Positions 12,301 to 24,300 of a stretch of 64,000 nucleotides of DNA are shown piece after piece. The stretch comes from Callorhinchus milii. Its lineage: Eukaryota. Both the position numbers and the translations under genes were made by a program. The stretch's first letter is position 1, and every line of letters starts with the position of its first letter. The stretch is taken from positions 24,926,001-24,990,000 of the forward strand of contig NW_024704742.1 in assembly GCF_018977255.1 (NCBI RefSeq), given 5' to 3'. The notes under the pieces are model-generated. The model did not search any database and was not told where the DNA came from. It saw only the letters and a list, made by a program, of their open reading frames with translations.

Positions 12301-15300
12301 TTCAAGGGCAATTCTGTTCTCTAGACCACCCAGTCATACCCCAATGGCTCATTGAAACCTTAGCTTGATCCTGCATGCTTTTTAAGATGATTGGTTTGGT
12401 TGCTCTGATTTACAATGCTTTGTTACAAAACCTTAATTAAGTGGGAAGTTTGCCAACTTGGTAGTGGGGGAGTGGGATGTTACCATGTTACCATCCCTTT
12501 CCAAGCCCTGCTTCTGGTAGGCAGTACATCCACAAATTGGGGTGGGGGAAGTAGAACGGTGGTACTTTCAAGCTCTGTTTTCAAGGTCTGAAAGGTATTG
12601 TCTCTTCCTTCTTCGACCTTGCCCAGGGTTGTTTAATTCCATCTCTGTTAACGAGAAACCTCCGTTGCCCTGGCCACAATCTTATGGCAGGACTCCACTA
12701 GAAGCCTTACGCTCACTAAATGATTGTGAGACGTCTGTCCATTAATTTGTTTTAATTGGAGGCTTTTTACTCAGGTGGTTGTCTTTCCAGCGTTTGTGGA
12801 AACATTTGTTCGTGTTGTCTGGCTTTCTGACCACATCTTTACACTGCAATTTGGACCTCCCGCCGTCAGCTGTGTGTGGCCACAGGGTACATCTATTGGG
12901 CACATTGTTCTCTTTTTGAATCTTTTGCCTTCCTATTTCTGGCCCTCTACTCAGCTAACGGCAGAGATTTTGGTACGGAAGGGAAGAGAACGACTAATTA
13001 GAACATTTCCGTTCACCCGTTCGAAAAGCAGTGTTTTCTCTCGAGGCTCTTTTTGTCCTCCATTGCAATATAAAAAAAATTTGAACTGGAATAGTTTGCG
13101 TAACCTGGCTCCTTTGCAGCCTTCTCTGGCGAAGTCTGGGTGGAAATGGCGTCATGAGAGAAATAGAGTGGCTCAAATTTTGACATTTCAATCTGGGACT
13201 GGCAGCGAGGTGCTCTCGTTGTGTTGTTTTGCAGTTAGTCCTGACAACTTCATCGGTGATATTTTCCCCCCCCTACTTTCTATTCGTCTTTGTTCTTTTT
13301 TCTGAGCATTTCTCTGACCGCTGTATGAAGACAACTAGCCGGTTCACTCTGTCTCTTCTAATCCCAGTGGTGAAGATTTCTAGGATGATTGAGAAAAACT
13401 TGGATGATTCTAGGATGATTGAGAAAAAATTACAATTTTTATTTCCTATAAGGATGTAAAAACGCCATCTCCAAAATTGTAAACAGCTCTGGTTTAACCC
13501 AGTTGGAAAATGGTTGTTATAATCTCCGAGTTTGTTATAGAGCCTTCTCTAGTTGAAACTTGCCAGAGCAGTTCACTCACTTTGACCGTTGTTATGTAAT
13601 GCCAATCTGTGCCCCCAATTTGCATTGATGCATTGACTTGCTGGCTGTATTATTCTGTCTAATCAGGTCAACAAACTTTCTTTTGTTCTCGTTGCGGTTT
13701 CCAAGTTAAATGATAACTTTGAATGCATTTCCATTTTCATTAATTTTAGTGACATACTGTAAAGGTTTATGTTTTATTGCAGTTTGGCTGGAAACAGAAT
13801 GAGTTTGACCTCCTGGCTGCTGGAAGGTAACGCAGTTTGTTTGTGCAGTAGCTTGTCTGAACGTGGGTTCTATGTTTCTTGCCTTTTAACATTGGACAAT
13901 TCTTAGGGGAAAATATGATCTCCCGACTCGTCTATTTCCCTATTGTCTCTTATGGCATATTTTCCATCCCCTTCTTCATGATTTTCTTTCTTTTCCCCCG
14001 CCGGATTGCTCTCTTGAAGGTGATTGACTCCTTTTTTTTTTCTCTTTCACCGAGATCAGTTACATGGTGCACTTTCAGGACTTCTCCCAAGTGGCCATTA
14101 ACCATATGTGAGCATTGACAGTGAGCACGCAGTTTGACAACAGGGGAGCATCGCAGCTTAGATCTTGTCCTCACTTGATATCCACACTTGTATACCTTCC
14201 ACCAGGAGTCTCTGGATAGTGATAATGAACAGGAACCCTGATTTTCCCTCCCTAATCCAAGGAGTACTGTGGCCAATTGTAGCACTCAAAACCCAGCCCC
14301 AACTGAGATGAACTATATCAGTACAGTCCAAGCTTTGACCCTGTGACTTTCTAGTCTGTATGGTCCAAAGCTGCAGCGGGCAATGATTTCATCCACGAGT
14401 AAAATTGAGGAAAGTTCATGTTCAAGATCTCTGTTTCTAATTACTATTTCACGTTAAATTCTTTTTCCACTCTTTTGCCTGGATTTTTCTGCCATTCATC
14501 AATGCTAAAACAAAAGCGTTTTTTGAAATTTTCACCCAAATTAGCGATTGACATTTCATCGGGATCCTGACTGCTTTGAAATGAGGAGCTCTCAACTAAC
14601 CTGGCCATGCTTGTGTTCCAAAATTAAACCTGTAATTGGAAAATACTTTGCAAGAGTGCAATCAAACTTGGATGTGAATTCAGCTCCTGATTTATTGAGT
14701 CTTGATCTTTGCGTGAGTTGTGAGATAGCCAATAGAGGCTAAAAATATAATGAATAATAAAGGAAAGTCAGAGGCCATGTTACTCCAAGTTTCTCTTGTG
14801 AACTAATGAGGCCAGGGTTTCCTCAAATCTTAGCCTTAATAGCACAGACTTAAATTTTTTAAATTGTGCAAATTCGAAATTCTTTAACCAAAAGCTGACA
14901 GTTTGTCACACTCCCTTTTGAGGAAAATTGGATTGTAAATGAATAATAATAATCCTTGCATTTGATAAAGCACTTTTCAAGTCTTCTAGAGGTCTCAAAG
15001 CGCTTCACAGAATATACTGTAAAGTGAATTGACTGTATATTTGTGGGTAAAACGTAGCAGCCGATTGCGCACAGCAGTGTCCCACAAACAGTTGTGGATT
15101 GAAGTGACCAATTTATTATTGTTTTTTCTTCTTGAGGGATTATTATCAGGCGTGTGGAGTAAGGAAACTTGCCCAAGTTTTCACCCTGCCGGGAATCAAG
15201 CCCTGGCCTTTCGCTTGCAAGCTACAGGACTCCAAATTAAGACTGAATTTAAGAGTTTTCAGGAATTGCTCACAATCTTAACTTTTAAGACAATAGATTT

Positions 15301-18300
15301 TAAGATTGAGACTATGTGGGGTGAGGAGAAGGGTGGGCTTTGGACTCAGGGGGCATATCATATCCAAGAGTGAGTTCACCTGTCGACCTTATTGGCCAGG
15401 AAAAGCCACGAGATCCAAGAGATCTGATAAGAAAAGCATATGTGGTGAGGGGGAAAAATGGTGGTTCTAAAATGTCCTAACTGTGATGTGTTTTGATTCT
15501 TAATGTTCAGCCTTGCCGGCCACCTGATTGAATGTGGAGCCCAGTGTACAGGGGGAATATTCACAGATTGGCACAGAGTCCCTGACTGGTATTGAACCAT
15601 CATGTTTCTTCCATAAATTGTTATTTTTAGCTTTTATTGTTCTATAAACCAAAATCGAGGTCTATCGTGCTCCTTGTGCAAGCCATATGTAAATACTCAG
15701 GGAGTTAAAGTTACATTTAATAATTCGATACACACCCAGTAAAAAACATTACAGAGTCACAAGACCCCTTGCTAGCTCCCGATTTGCCTTTTTTTTAGAG
15801 TTGTGTTCTTATTTTACACCCATAGTTCCAGTATTTTTGCTGAAAAAGAATGAGGTCTAATTTCTTTTTGATAAGTGTGCTTATTAAAATGTGAAATTTT
15901 CACAAGAGGTTATTAGATGACACTACTCTTTTAAAACCCAAATCCTTCTCCTTTACAAACATCAGCTTTCAAAGCCTGTTTATAATATCTATCTCTTTGA
16001 CAACGGCTTTCAACCACACTCTCTCCCGTCTATGTGAAAATTGTTATTGTCGTTGATGTAGGTGACATTGCTGCTTTATATTGAGTTGAATCTGTAAATT
16101 CATCTGAGCTTTCTGACTAGTAAGTGCTCTGGGATGACACCCTGCGTGAGGGGTACTGTATAAATGCAAGTTGTTGTTGTTAAAGTAATATTTCTGATCT
16201 GTTTCCAGGGATAACATTGGCTTTCCTGTGGTTCAATGTTCCTCTGATGGAAGTTTCATACTCACTAAGCCACCTAAAACTGGAGGCCTCGTGTCTTTTG
16301 GTACCGTAGCAGAGCAGCTGGTGTATGAAATAGGTGATCCCCAGCGTTACCAATTGCCTGATGTCGTCTGCGATTTCTCCCAGGTTACTATCTCTGAAAT
16401 CCCAGGTCAGCACATACCACGATCCTGTTCACATGCTGTACCAAGCTGTGTTTTAGAACTTGACATTACAGCCAGTAATGGACAAAAGCCCTCTGTGGTG
16501 GCATTAGTTGAGAAAGCATGTGGCCCACTTGTTGCTCATTTCAGATGGTACTAATATGTTTGATCATAGATTTGTTTGGTTGAAAACTGCAGTGACCAGG
16601 CATTAATTACAGCTCTGTGTCAGTTTACGAATGCCAGGGACAAAGGAACTGACCGGTGCAATGATTAAGAAAACTGACCTTTCACATCCAATAATAATGA
16701 TAATCCTTACATTTGTTATAGTGTCTTTCAACAGCAACTTGCACTTATGTAGCACCCTCCACGCAGGCTAGTGTCTCAGAGCACTTGACAGTGGCGGAGC
16801 CTGACTCCGAGTGGGGGGGGAAGTGGAAGGTGACCGTAAGCACGGTCAGAAAGGAAGGTATTCAGGCGGGACTTGAAAAAGGGGAGAGGGGGGCAACGCG
16901 GAGGGATTGAGGGAGAGTGTTCCAGAGTTTTGGGGTATAGTGGCTGAATGCGCGACTACTGATGTGGGGCGGATAGTGCGAGGGACAAGCAGGAGGCCAG
17001 TCGATGACAGTTGAGTGGAGGCACCGGGTGGTGGATTGGGGAGTGAGGAGTTTGGAAAGGTAGGGAGGTGCCCGGGAGTGAAGGGATTTGAACACGAGCG
17101 TGAGGATCTTGAAGTCTATCCGTTCAGTGATGGGAAGCCAGAACTGGCCAGAACTGGTGACATATGGGTACCGAGTTTGGTCCGGATCAGTATGCGGTGG
17201 CAGAGTTCTGAATGAGCTGGATCTTTTGAATAGTGGAGCTGGGGAGACCGGTGAGGAGTGCGTTTGAGTAATCCAGGCGGGAGGTGACAAATGCATCAAC
17301 GAGGGTTTTGGCTGCATTTGGGGCAAGGTACGGTCGGAGGCGAGCAATGTGGCGAAGGTGGGAGAAGGCGGACCTGGTCAGGGACCAGATATGGTGAAGG
17401 AAGGACAGCTGGGGCTTGAACCTGGTGCCTAAATTGCGCACTGGTTCAGTCAATCTGAGGGAGGACATCCCTAAGCATTTCACATGGTATTAACGTCTCG
17501 TTCGATGTCCTGTGCATGAATTTTGGTGTGAAACCAGCGTGAAATGAGCATGGTTCAATCAGATTCCTATCGGCGCTAAATTGCTAATCTTGCACAGAGA
17601 GGGCACGGGGATTGCTGGTGATGCAGTGAATTGAGAGACATGAGATCAAATCGCCAACTCCACTTCTGGACTGAGGGCGCTGTGTGGGCTCAAGGAGGTG
17701 AAAGCATCAAAGAAAAGTCAGTGAATTTGGAGTGAAGTCCAAATATTTACGTGTAAACACCTTTATTTTAATATAAGGTATACTTGGCCACTTTATACTG
17801 TAAAAGAGCCTTGTAGCATATTATTTAAAGCACTCGCCTCACAAAGCGAGAGGTCCTGGGTTCGATTCCCAGGCAGGACAAAACGTTAGGCAAGTTTCCT
17901 TACTCCACGTGCTTCTGCTTACCAATCAATAAGTAGGAACCCGGTTGGCGGATTGCTTTTCTGGGGATAACAATCCCTTCAAAAATAAATAAATAAGAAT
18001 ACAAAATAAAGGGTCACTCAATTCACTACTGTTTGTGGGACACTGCTATGAGCTGCCGCGTTTCACCCACAAAATATAGTCAATTCACTTTACAGTATAT
18101 TCTGTGAAGTGCTTTGAGGCATCTCAGACGTGAACAGGCACTATTATCAAATGAAAGGATTATTTTTATTATTATTATTAAGATGCAATTTTGTTTGACT
18201 GTGTTCCCCAGTTTAGTTAAAAAGAAATAGTCCTACATTTCCCTGAATTGATTTTTGTAAGAAAACACAGAGAGCGTCAGCATACAGTGCAGTATTATCA

Positions 18301-21300
18301 CTTTGTCTATTTAATAATGGCATTCTCATGCAAGCTTTGACTTTTAGAATAACCTGAAAAGGCAATACTCCCTGAATGCTCAAAAGAAAAAGATATTTAG
18401 TGACCCAATACTGCAGCCCCTCTCTATAGCTATATCTAGTTCTAAGAAGACCTCAAACTGTGCGAGGCTTCCCCACTAATGGGGAATATGAAACCCCCTT
18501 GTGTGTTGCACACTTTTCACTAAGGATAACATTGCAATGAAGCCTCAGCAAAAACTAAAACAAATATTATTTTTATTTCATGGTTTGACTTGTTGAAATA
18601 AGAATCTAATTGTTGACTTGACCGACTTTACTATTGAAGGTCTGAATCGCAAACCTCTGTCACACTTCTCTATTGCGTTACTGCCAAATTATTGTTGGCA
18701 CTTTTATTTTCATTTCTGTCCAGCAAAGTAGTACGTAAGGCAGTAAGTAAACTAGTCCTACGTAATCGATATGGAGTGAATTGTTGCATTGGAGTTCCAA
18801 CAACTATTAAGTGTCCACAAGATCACAAGAGACATTTGGTCTTCAGACCATTTGATCTCATTTTTCCAGAATATTCACCCAAATTTGCAAAGCTAAACTC
18901 TTTTAAGGAAGTCCATCAAGCTGTTTCCTAAATTAGTTCAATGTCTTGGACTCCCATCACCCTGCCTGGTAATTATTCCAACTGTTAATTACTCTCTGTG
19001 TGTGAAGAAATACTAGTTCTAATACTAGTATCTGAAAATGCTCTCTACAACCCTGAACCTGTGCCCTTTTATCCTATTGTGTTGATGTAAACCAAAGAGC
19101 CCTACCTTATCAAGTCATTCCTCATAACTCATCCTTCTAACATTGGGGATCATCCTCGATCAGTCTGTTCTGGACTAGATCTAGGGCTTCAAAATCCCTC
19201 TTATGTTGCAATAACCGGATGGTACGCAGAACTTTAGGTCCAACCTAACGAGAGCATTTGACAGCATGAACATGGAGAACTGAACTGATTTGACAATGTA
19301 GCCTGACATCCTTTTTGTCTTGTTTATTGCTGCCTCACACTGTTTTGACGTGAAGGATGAGGAGTCATCACCTCAGCTGATCTTGTGCCTCTCCAAGCGG
19401 ATGAGTAGGAGGGGGTTTGTCCACCAACCTCTTGAGAACTCTTGCACACTTTGGTGTACAAAGCTTGGAGAGATCTTAATTGAAGGAGGGAGGGGGGAAA
19501 ATAAGACAACTTAGGGAAGGGGGAGGCAAAGATAGCATTTGCAGTAATTGGAATTCAAACTGCATTTCCTGTAGCTAACTCTATAATTTTGTCTAATGGC
19601 ATTCGCGGTTATTTTTAGGTTCTGGAGGATCATTAACTCTGACACGCAACGTACTAAGAGCTGCACATCGACGTTTGCATACCTAACATAGATGAAGGCT
19701 GCTTAAAATCTGAACTGGAAGTGAACTAACCATTAGCTTTGCCAATGACCCAGTTCATAGTATGTAAACTCTTACTGAACTTTTACATGAACTTTTTTAT
19801 TTATACCTACTATAAATACAGCTAATGGGGAACATGCACAGCTTTTGTTTTTTAAAAAAAGTTGTTTGGAATGATCTGGAATGTTCTGTCAGATGGGAAT
19901 ACCCTGACATTTGATGCAGCCCACCGCACTCGGGGGGGGGGGGGGGGGGGGGGGTCATCGTGTCGACAGATGAAGAAGGATTAGGACAGTTTGTAAATAG
20001 TTCTGTAAGTTAAATTATGGGTTTGTAGTGTGAAGTTGCCATATCTGCCTGACTTTATATTTGATAACAGTGCAACCCGTTGGCACCAGCTTTTCAAAAA
20101 GCATTCCATAGAACCAAATGGATGTGCTCAAGTGTTCGCTCATAATAATAATGATAATGATAATCCTTGCATTTGGTGTAGCGTCTTTCACGCCAGAGGG
20201 ATGTCTCATAGCGCTTCACAAGAACTGCCACTTCCCAGGATATACTGTATCAGGCTGACACACTATAATAATTCCTTGTACTCGATATAATACTTATATC
20301 AAAGCTTCACAGGTAATTGCTGAAGTGTAGTGCCTGTATTTTGATCGTAGCAACCTTTGATTACAGTACTGTCCTATGAACAGCCGTGAAGTGAGTGTCC
20401 AATTTGTTTTTCTCTGGACGACTGTTGACCAGGACACCAAAACAAAAAAAAAAACTCCCTTTTTTTTCCAAGTAATACCATGGTATATTTAGCATCTACC
20501 TGAACATGCAGTCGAGACCTCAGTCTCATCTGAAGGATGGCACATTACAGTAAATCGTGTGAAGCAGCTTGAAAGGTGCTATATCTAATGTAAAATTAAT
20601 ATTATTCCACTGACTCTTTGCTTCGTAAAAGTCTGGTAAGGTTGCATGTAGTATTTTAAGCTGACATATGATTGCTTTAAGTGCATGGCAAAACAATTCA
20701 AACTGTTTCTCTATGTTATGAAACCAATTCTAGATTGTCTTGTAGGGCAGCCTAAATCCGATTGCTTTCATCCTTTTGTAGACATGGAAGACAGGGCAGT
20801 GCGGGTCCAGGGAGCAAAGGGATCGCCTCCATCTGACCACTACAAGGTACTGTGAAATGAAACATCACAAGAACTTTGACAGTGTAGAGAAATGGTCGGG
20901 AAAGTGGCAGATGCAGTTTAACCGATGATAAATGTGAAGTATTACAGTTTGCGGAATAAAAAACATTTTGGCGCATTTACCAAACAGCAGAAGCCCCTCC
21001 CTCCTACATAATGTTCACTGATTCACCCCCCCTCCCCCTCCTATTTAATGTTAACTTATTCCCCATTCTCTGAATATTATTACCATTGATAATGTTAACT
21101 GATTCCCTATCTTCCTACTTAATATTAACTGATTCCCCTTCCACCTACTTAATATTGTCTAATATCCCTTCCTCTGACACAATGCTGACTACCTTCAGAG
21201 CAAAAGTATTTTTATAAGGACTAAAGGCAAGCTACGTTACACTGGTGTAGTGGCCCACGGGCCATTTGGGTGGAAGGGGGCCTGTAGTGGCCTACAGGAC

Positions 21301-24300
21301 ATCTGCAAAAGTCCAGGCAGATTGGCACCAAATAATACTTGTTTCCAGTAGCTACTGAGCCACAATACCCACAGCGCCATCATCAATGAAGAAAAATTCC
21401 AGAAAGAAAAATGGATTTGGTTGGATGGTCAAAAAGGGTGGCCACCACTGCCTTAAGTTGTAGGTGTCCAAAGATAATCCATAGCCGTTTCTGAATTTGA
21501 TTCCAAACATTTTGGGCCCTTAGGTTTGTGCTACTTACTTTGATGGTTACAGAGCCACAGCCGTCTGCTCAGTGGGAGGGCCCCGATCTGTGGAGAAAGG
21601 AAAACGGACTGCTGAGAGCATTTTAAAACGGTTTGTTTTAATAGAGAAACAAATTATCTCGGGAACAGTACTTTGTGTAATCATTTTCATTTCATTTTTT
21701 TAAAATAAATTTTAACAAAATATCAATATCTCCTTCCCTGTTGGAGGTTCTTGAAAACAACTTCACTTGCCCTTCCTAGCACAATGGCAAAGATCTGCCA
21801 TTTTACAAGCACTGTTCTGGTCAATAACCTCACCTACAAATGCCCAGTCATTACACTTTACAGTAAAATCTGGTGAAGCACTTTGAGTTGTTTTAATGAC
21901 GTAATACAGCATTATATCAAACAATAACAATAATAATCCTTGCATTCGATTACTATTACTACAACTATAAATGCAAGGATTACTATTACATCAGTCTCCT
22001 TTTAGGCCCTGTATGTTGATCTTCAGTTACCTGAACCAGGAGACTTCAGTACTGGCTGAGTATGCAGCTGTACTTGGTGGACTGCTGTCACCTTCTCCAT
22101 AGACACTTGGGCCTGGAAAAGATGCTAGTCCATTTGTGGATGGCAGATCATCCAGAACTCTGCAGCCCGTGTCCTCTCCCGCACTAGGTTCCGCGACCCT
22201 ATCACCCCAATCCTTGCCCAACTTCATTGGCTTCCCATCACACAGAGGATACAGTTCAAGATCCTGGTCCTCACCTTCACAGTCTTGCTCCCCCCTACCT
22301 CTCCGACATTCTAATCCCCTACCATCCTGTTCCCTCCCTCCACTCAGCGGGCTCCGGCCTGCTTCACATCCCCCACCTTGCTCGTCCCACTATCAGCGGG
22401 AAGGCCTTCTGTCACTGCACCCACCCTCTGAATCTCCATCCTGTAGTCCCTCCATCTCGCCCCCTCCCTCGCCACCTTCAAGACCCACCTCAAGACCCTC
22501 CTCTTCGACTGTGCTTTCGATCTCCCTGCTTCCCCCCCCTGCCCTCCACCCTCCCTCACCCCGACACCAGCTTGGGTCGGTAACTCTGTCTGTCCAGAAC
22601 CTTGGGACATCCTCCCAACGTGAAAGGCGATATACAAATGTAATTTTGTTAATATCCATGTGCCAGCCTGACTCTCGGAAGCATTGCTGTCAATGGTTCA
22701 GAAGGTTATGAGCTCCAGCCACACTTTGGGACATTGAGTGCATTGTTGGGAGAGGGTTGCATTCTTGGATGTGCTGTCCTTTTGATGAGATGTCAAATCA
22801 AGGTCCCGCCTATCTGTTCAGTTAGATGTTAAAGATCCCATGGCACTATTCGGAAAGAATATTGTCCTGGCCAAAACTCCTCCAGATAAATTAGTCATTC
22901 ACTGTATGATGGTTTGTAGGACATTGTTGTGTGCAATTTGCCTGCTGCACATGCCTACAAATTCATTCACTACATTTGACATAATTTCCCTGTACTTTAT
23001 GGTGTTTCAATTATATTGGTGGTGTATCAAATGCAAAGCTTATTATTTTTATGGCCTTTACCAGAACTGGCTGCCTGCGTTAAAGATCCCATAGCATTAT
23101 TTTGAGGAGAGTTATGAGATCCTCTACAATAGAGTGTCCTGCTAAAGTTCTCCTGATGTTGTGACAAATATTCTTCTCCCTTGCCCGCATTACAGTTGGC
23201 AGTTAATTCCATTGCTGTTTGTGGAACATTGCTGATGCAGGTTATCTGTTGTGACTGCCTACATAACAAGTCACTGCAAAAAAGTGACTCATTTGTGTGA
23301 AGCATTTCCAGTCATTTCAAAATGATGTGCACTTATGTCAAATGCAGGTGTATGATTGTTTTAACGTGATGCTCTTTTGTTGACTCTTAAAGGACTCGAC
23401 GCATGTTCAAGCAATTTGGTTTGGGTGACTTTAAGTCGGTGAACGTAGAGGTTCTGGGATCTGGTGAAACCTACGGGGGAGAGCGAGCAGTAAAGAGGGC
23501 AGATGGTGTATGTATAACTCTGTTTATTACTGACTGAATTACACAAGGATGTTCCTGCTATCTGTGGTTTTCAACAAAAGATTTTTTTTAACAGCAATAA
23601 GATCCAATCAGCCAACCATGTCAGGCATTCCAAAATTTAATATCTTCATAACTGCAGAGGAACAAAGTTGAACTGGGAAGGAGAAAGCCATGTACCATAA
23701 CTTACCTGGGTGGGAAAGTGACCAAGAACCAATCTTCCTTTGACAGGTTTTCTGTCCCAGGCTGATCCAACAAAGCTGTGAGGCTGACTGTCTTTGGCAC
23801 TTTTTAGCTGCTTTAAAACTACTTTTGCAATACCTTTATAAGTAGCTACATAAACAGTGTGGATGTTACAGAATTTTAATAAGTGTATTATTCAAAGTTT
23901 TAAAATACAGCCTAGTGGAGGCAAGCAGCTATTTAAGGATAGGACTGTCGTATGAATATTTACCTCAAATCATTTGAAAGGAGAGGCAATTTGTCTGATC
24001 TAAGCTCTCAGCAATGACTCGTGACGTGTGTCCAAAATCAACAAATAGTCACATATCTAATTTAACAAATTGCAATAAGTAGTAAACAATATATAGATAT
24101 GAAATTGTTATAGTTAGAGAAACCAACAACAGCAACTTGCACTTATATAGCGCCCTCCATACAGGGTAGAGTTTCAGCGCTTAAAATCCAGAGCTCTCAG
24201 TAAGCGTACCTTGTATTATAAAGTTAAAATTGGGGGGTGCAAGTTTTTCTTTCCATCACCTCCCCCGCCCCACCCTGAAGGTTCTGCCTGACATAGTTTC

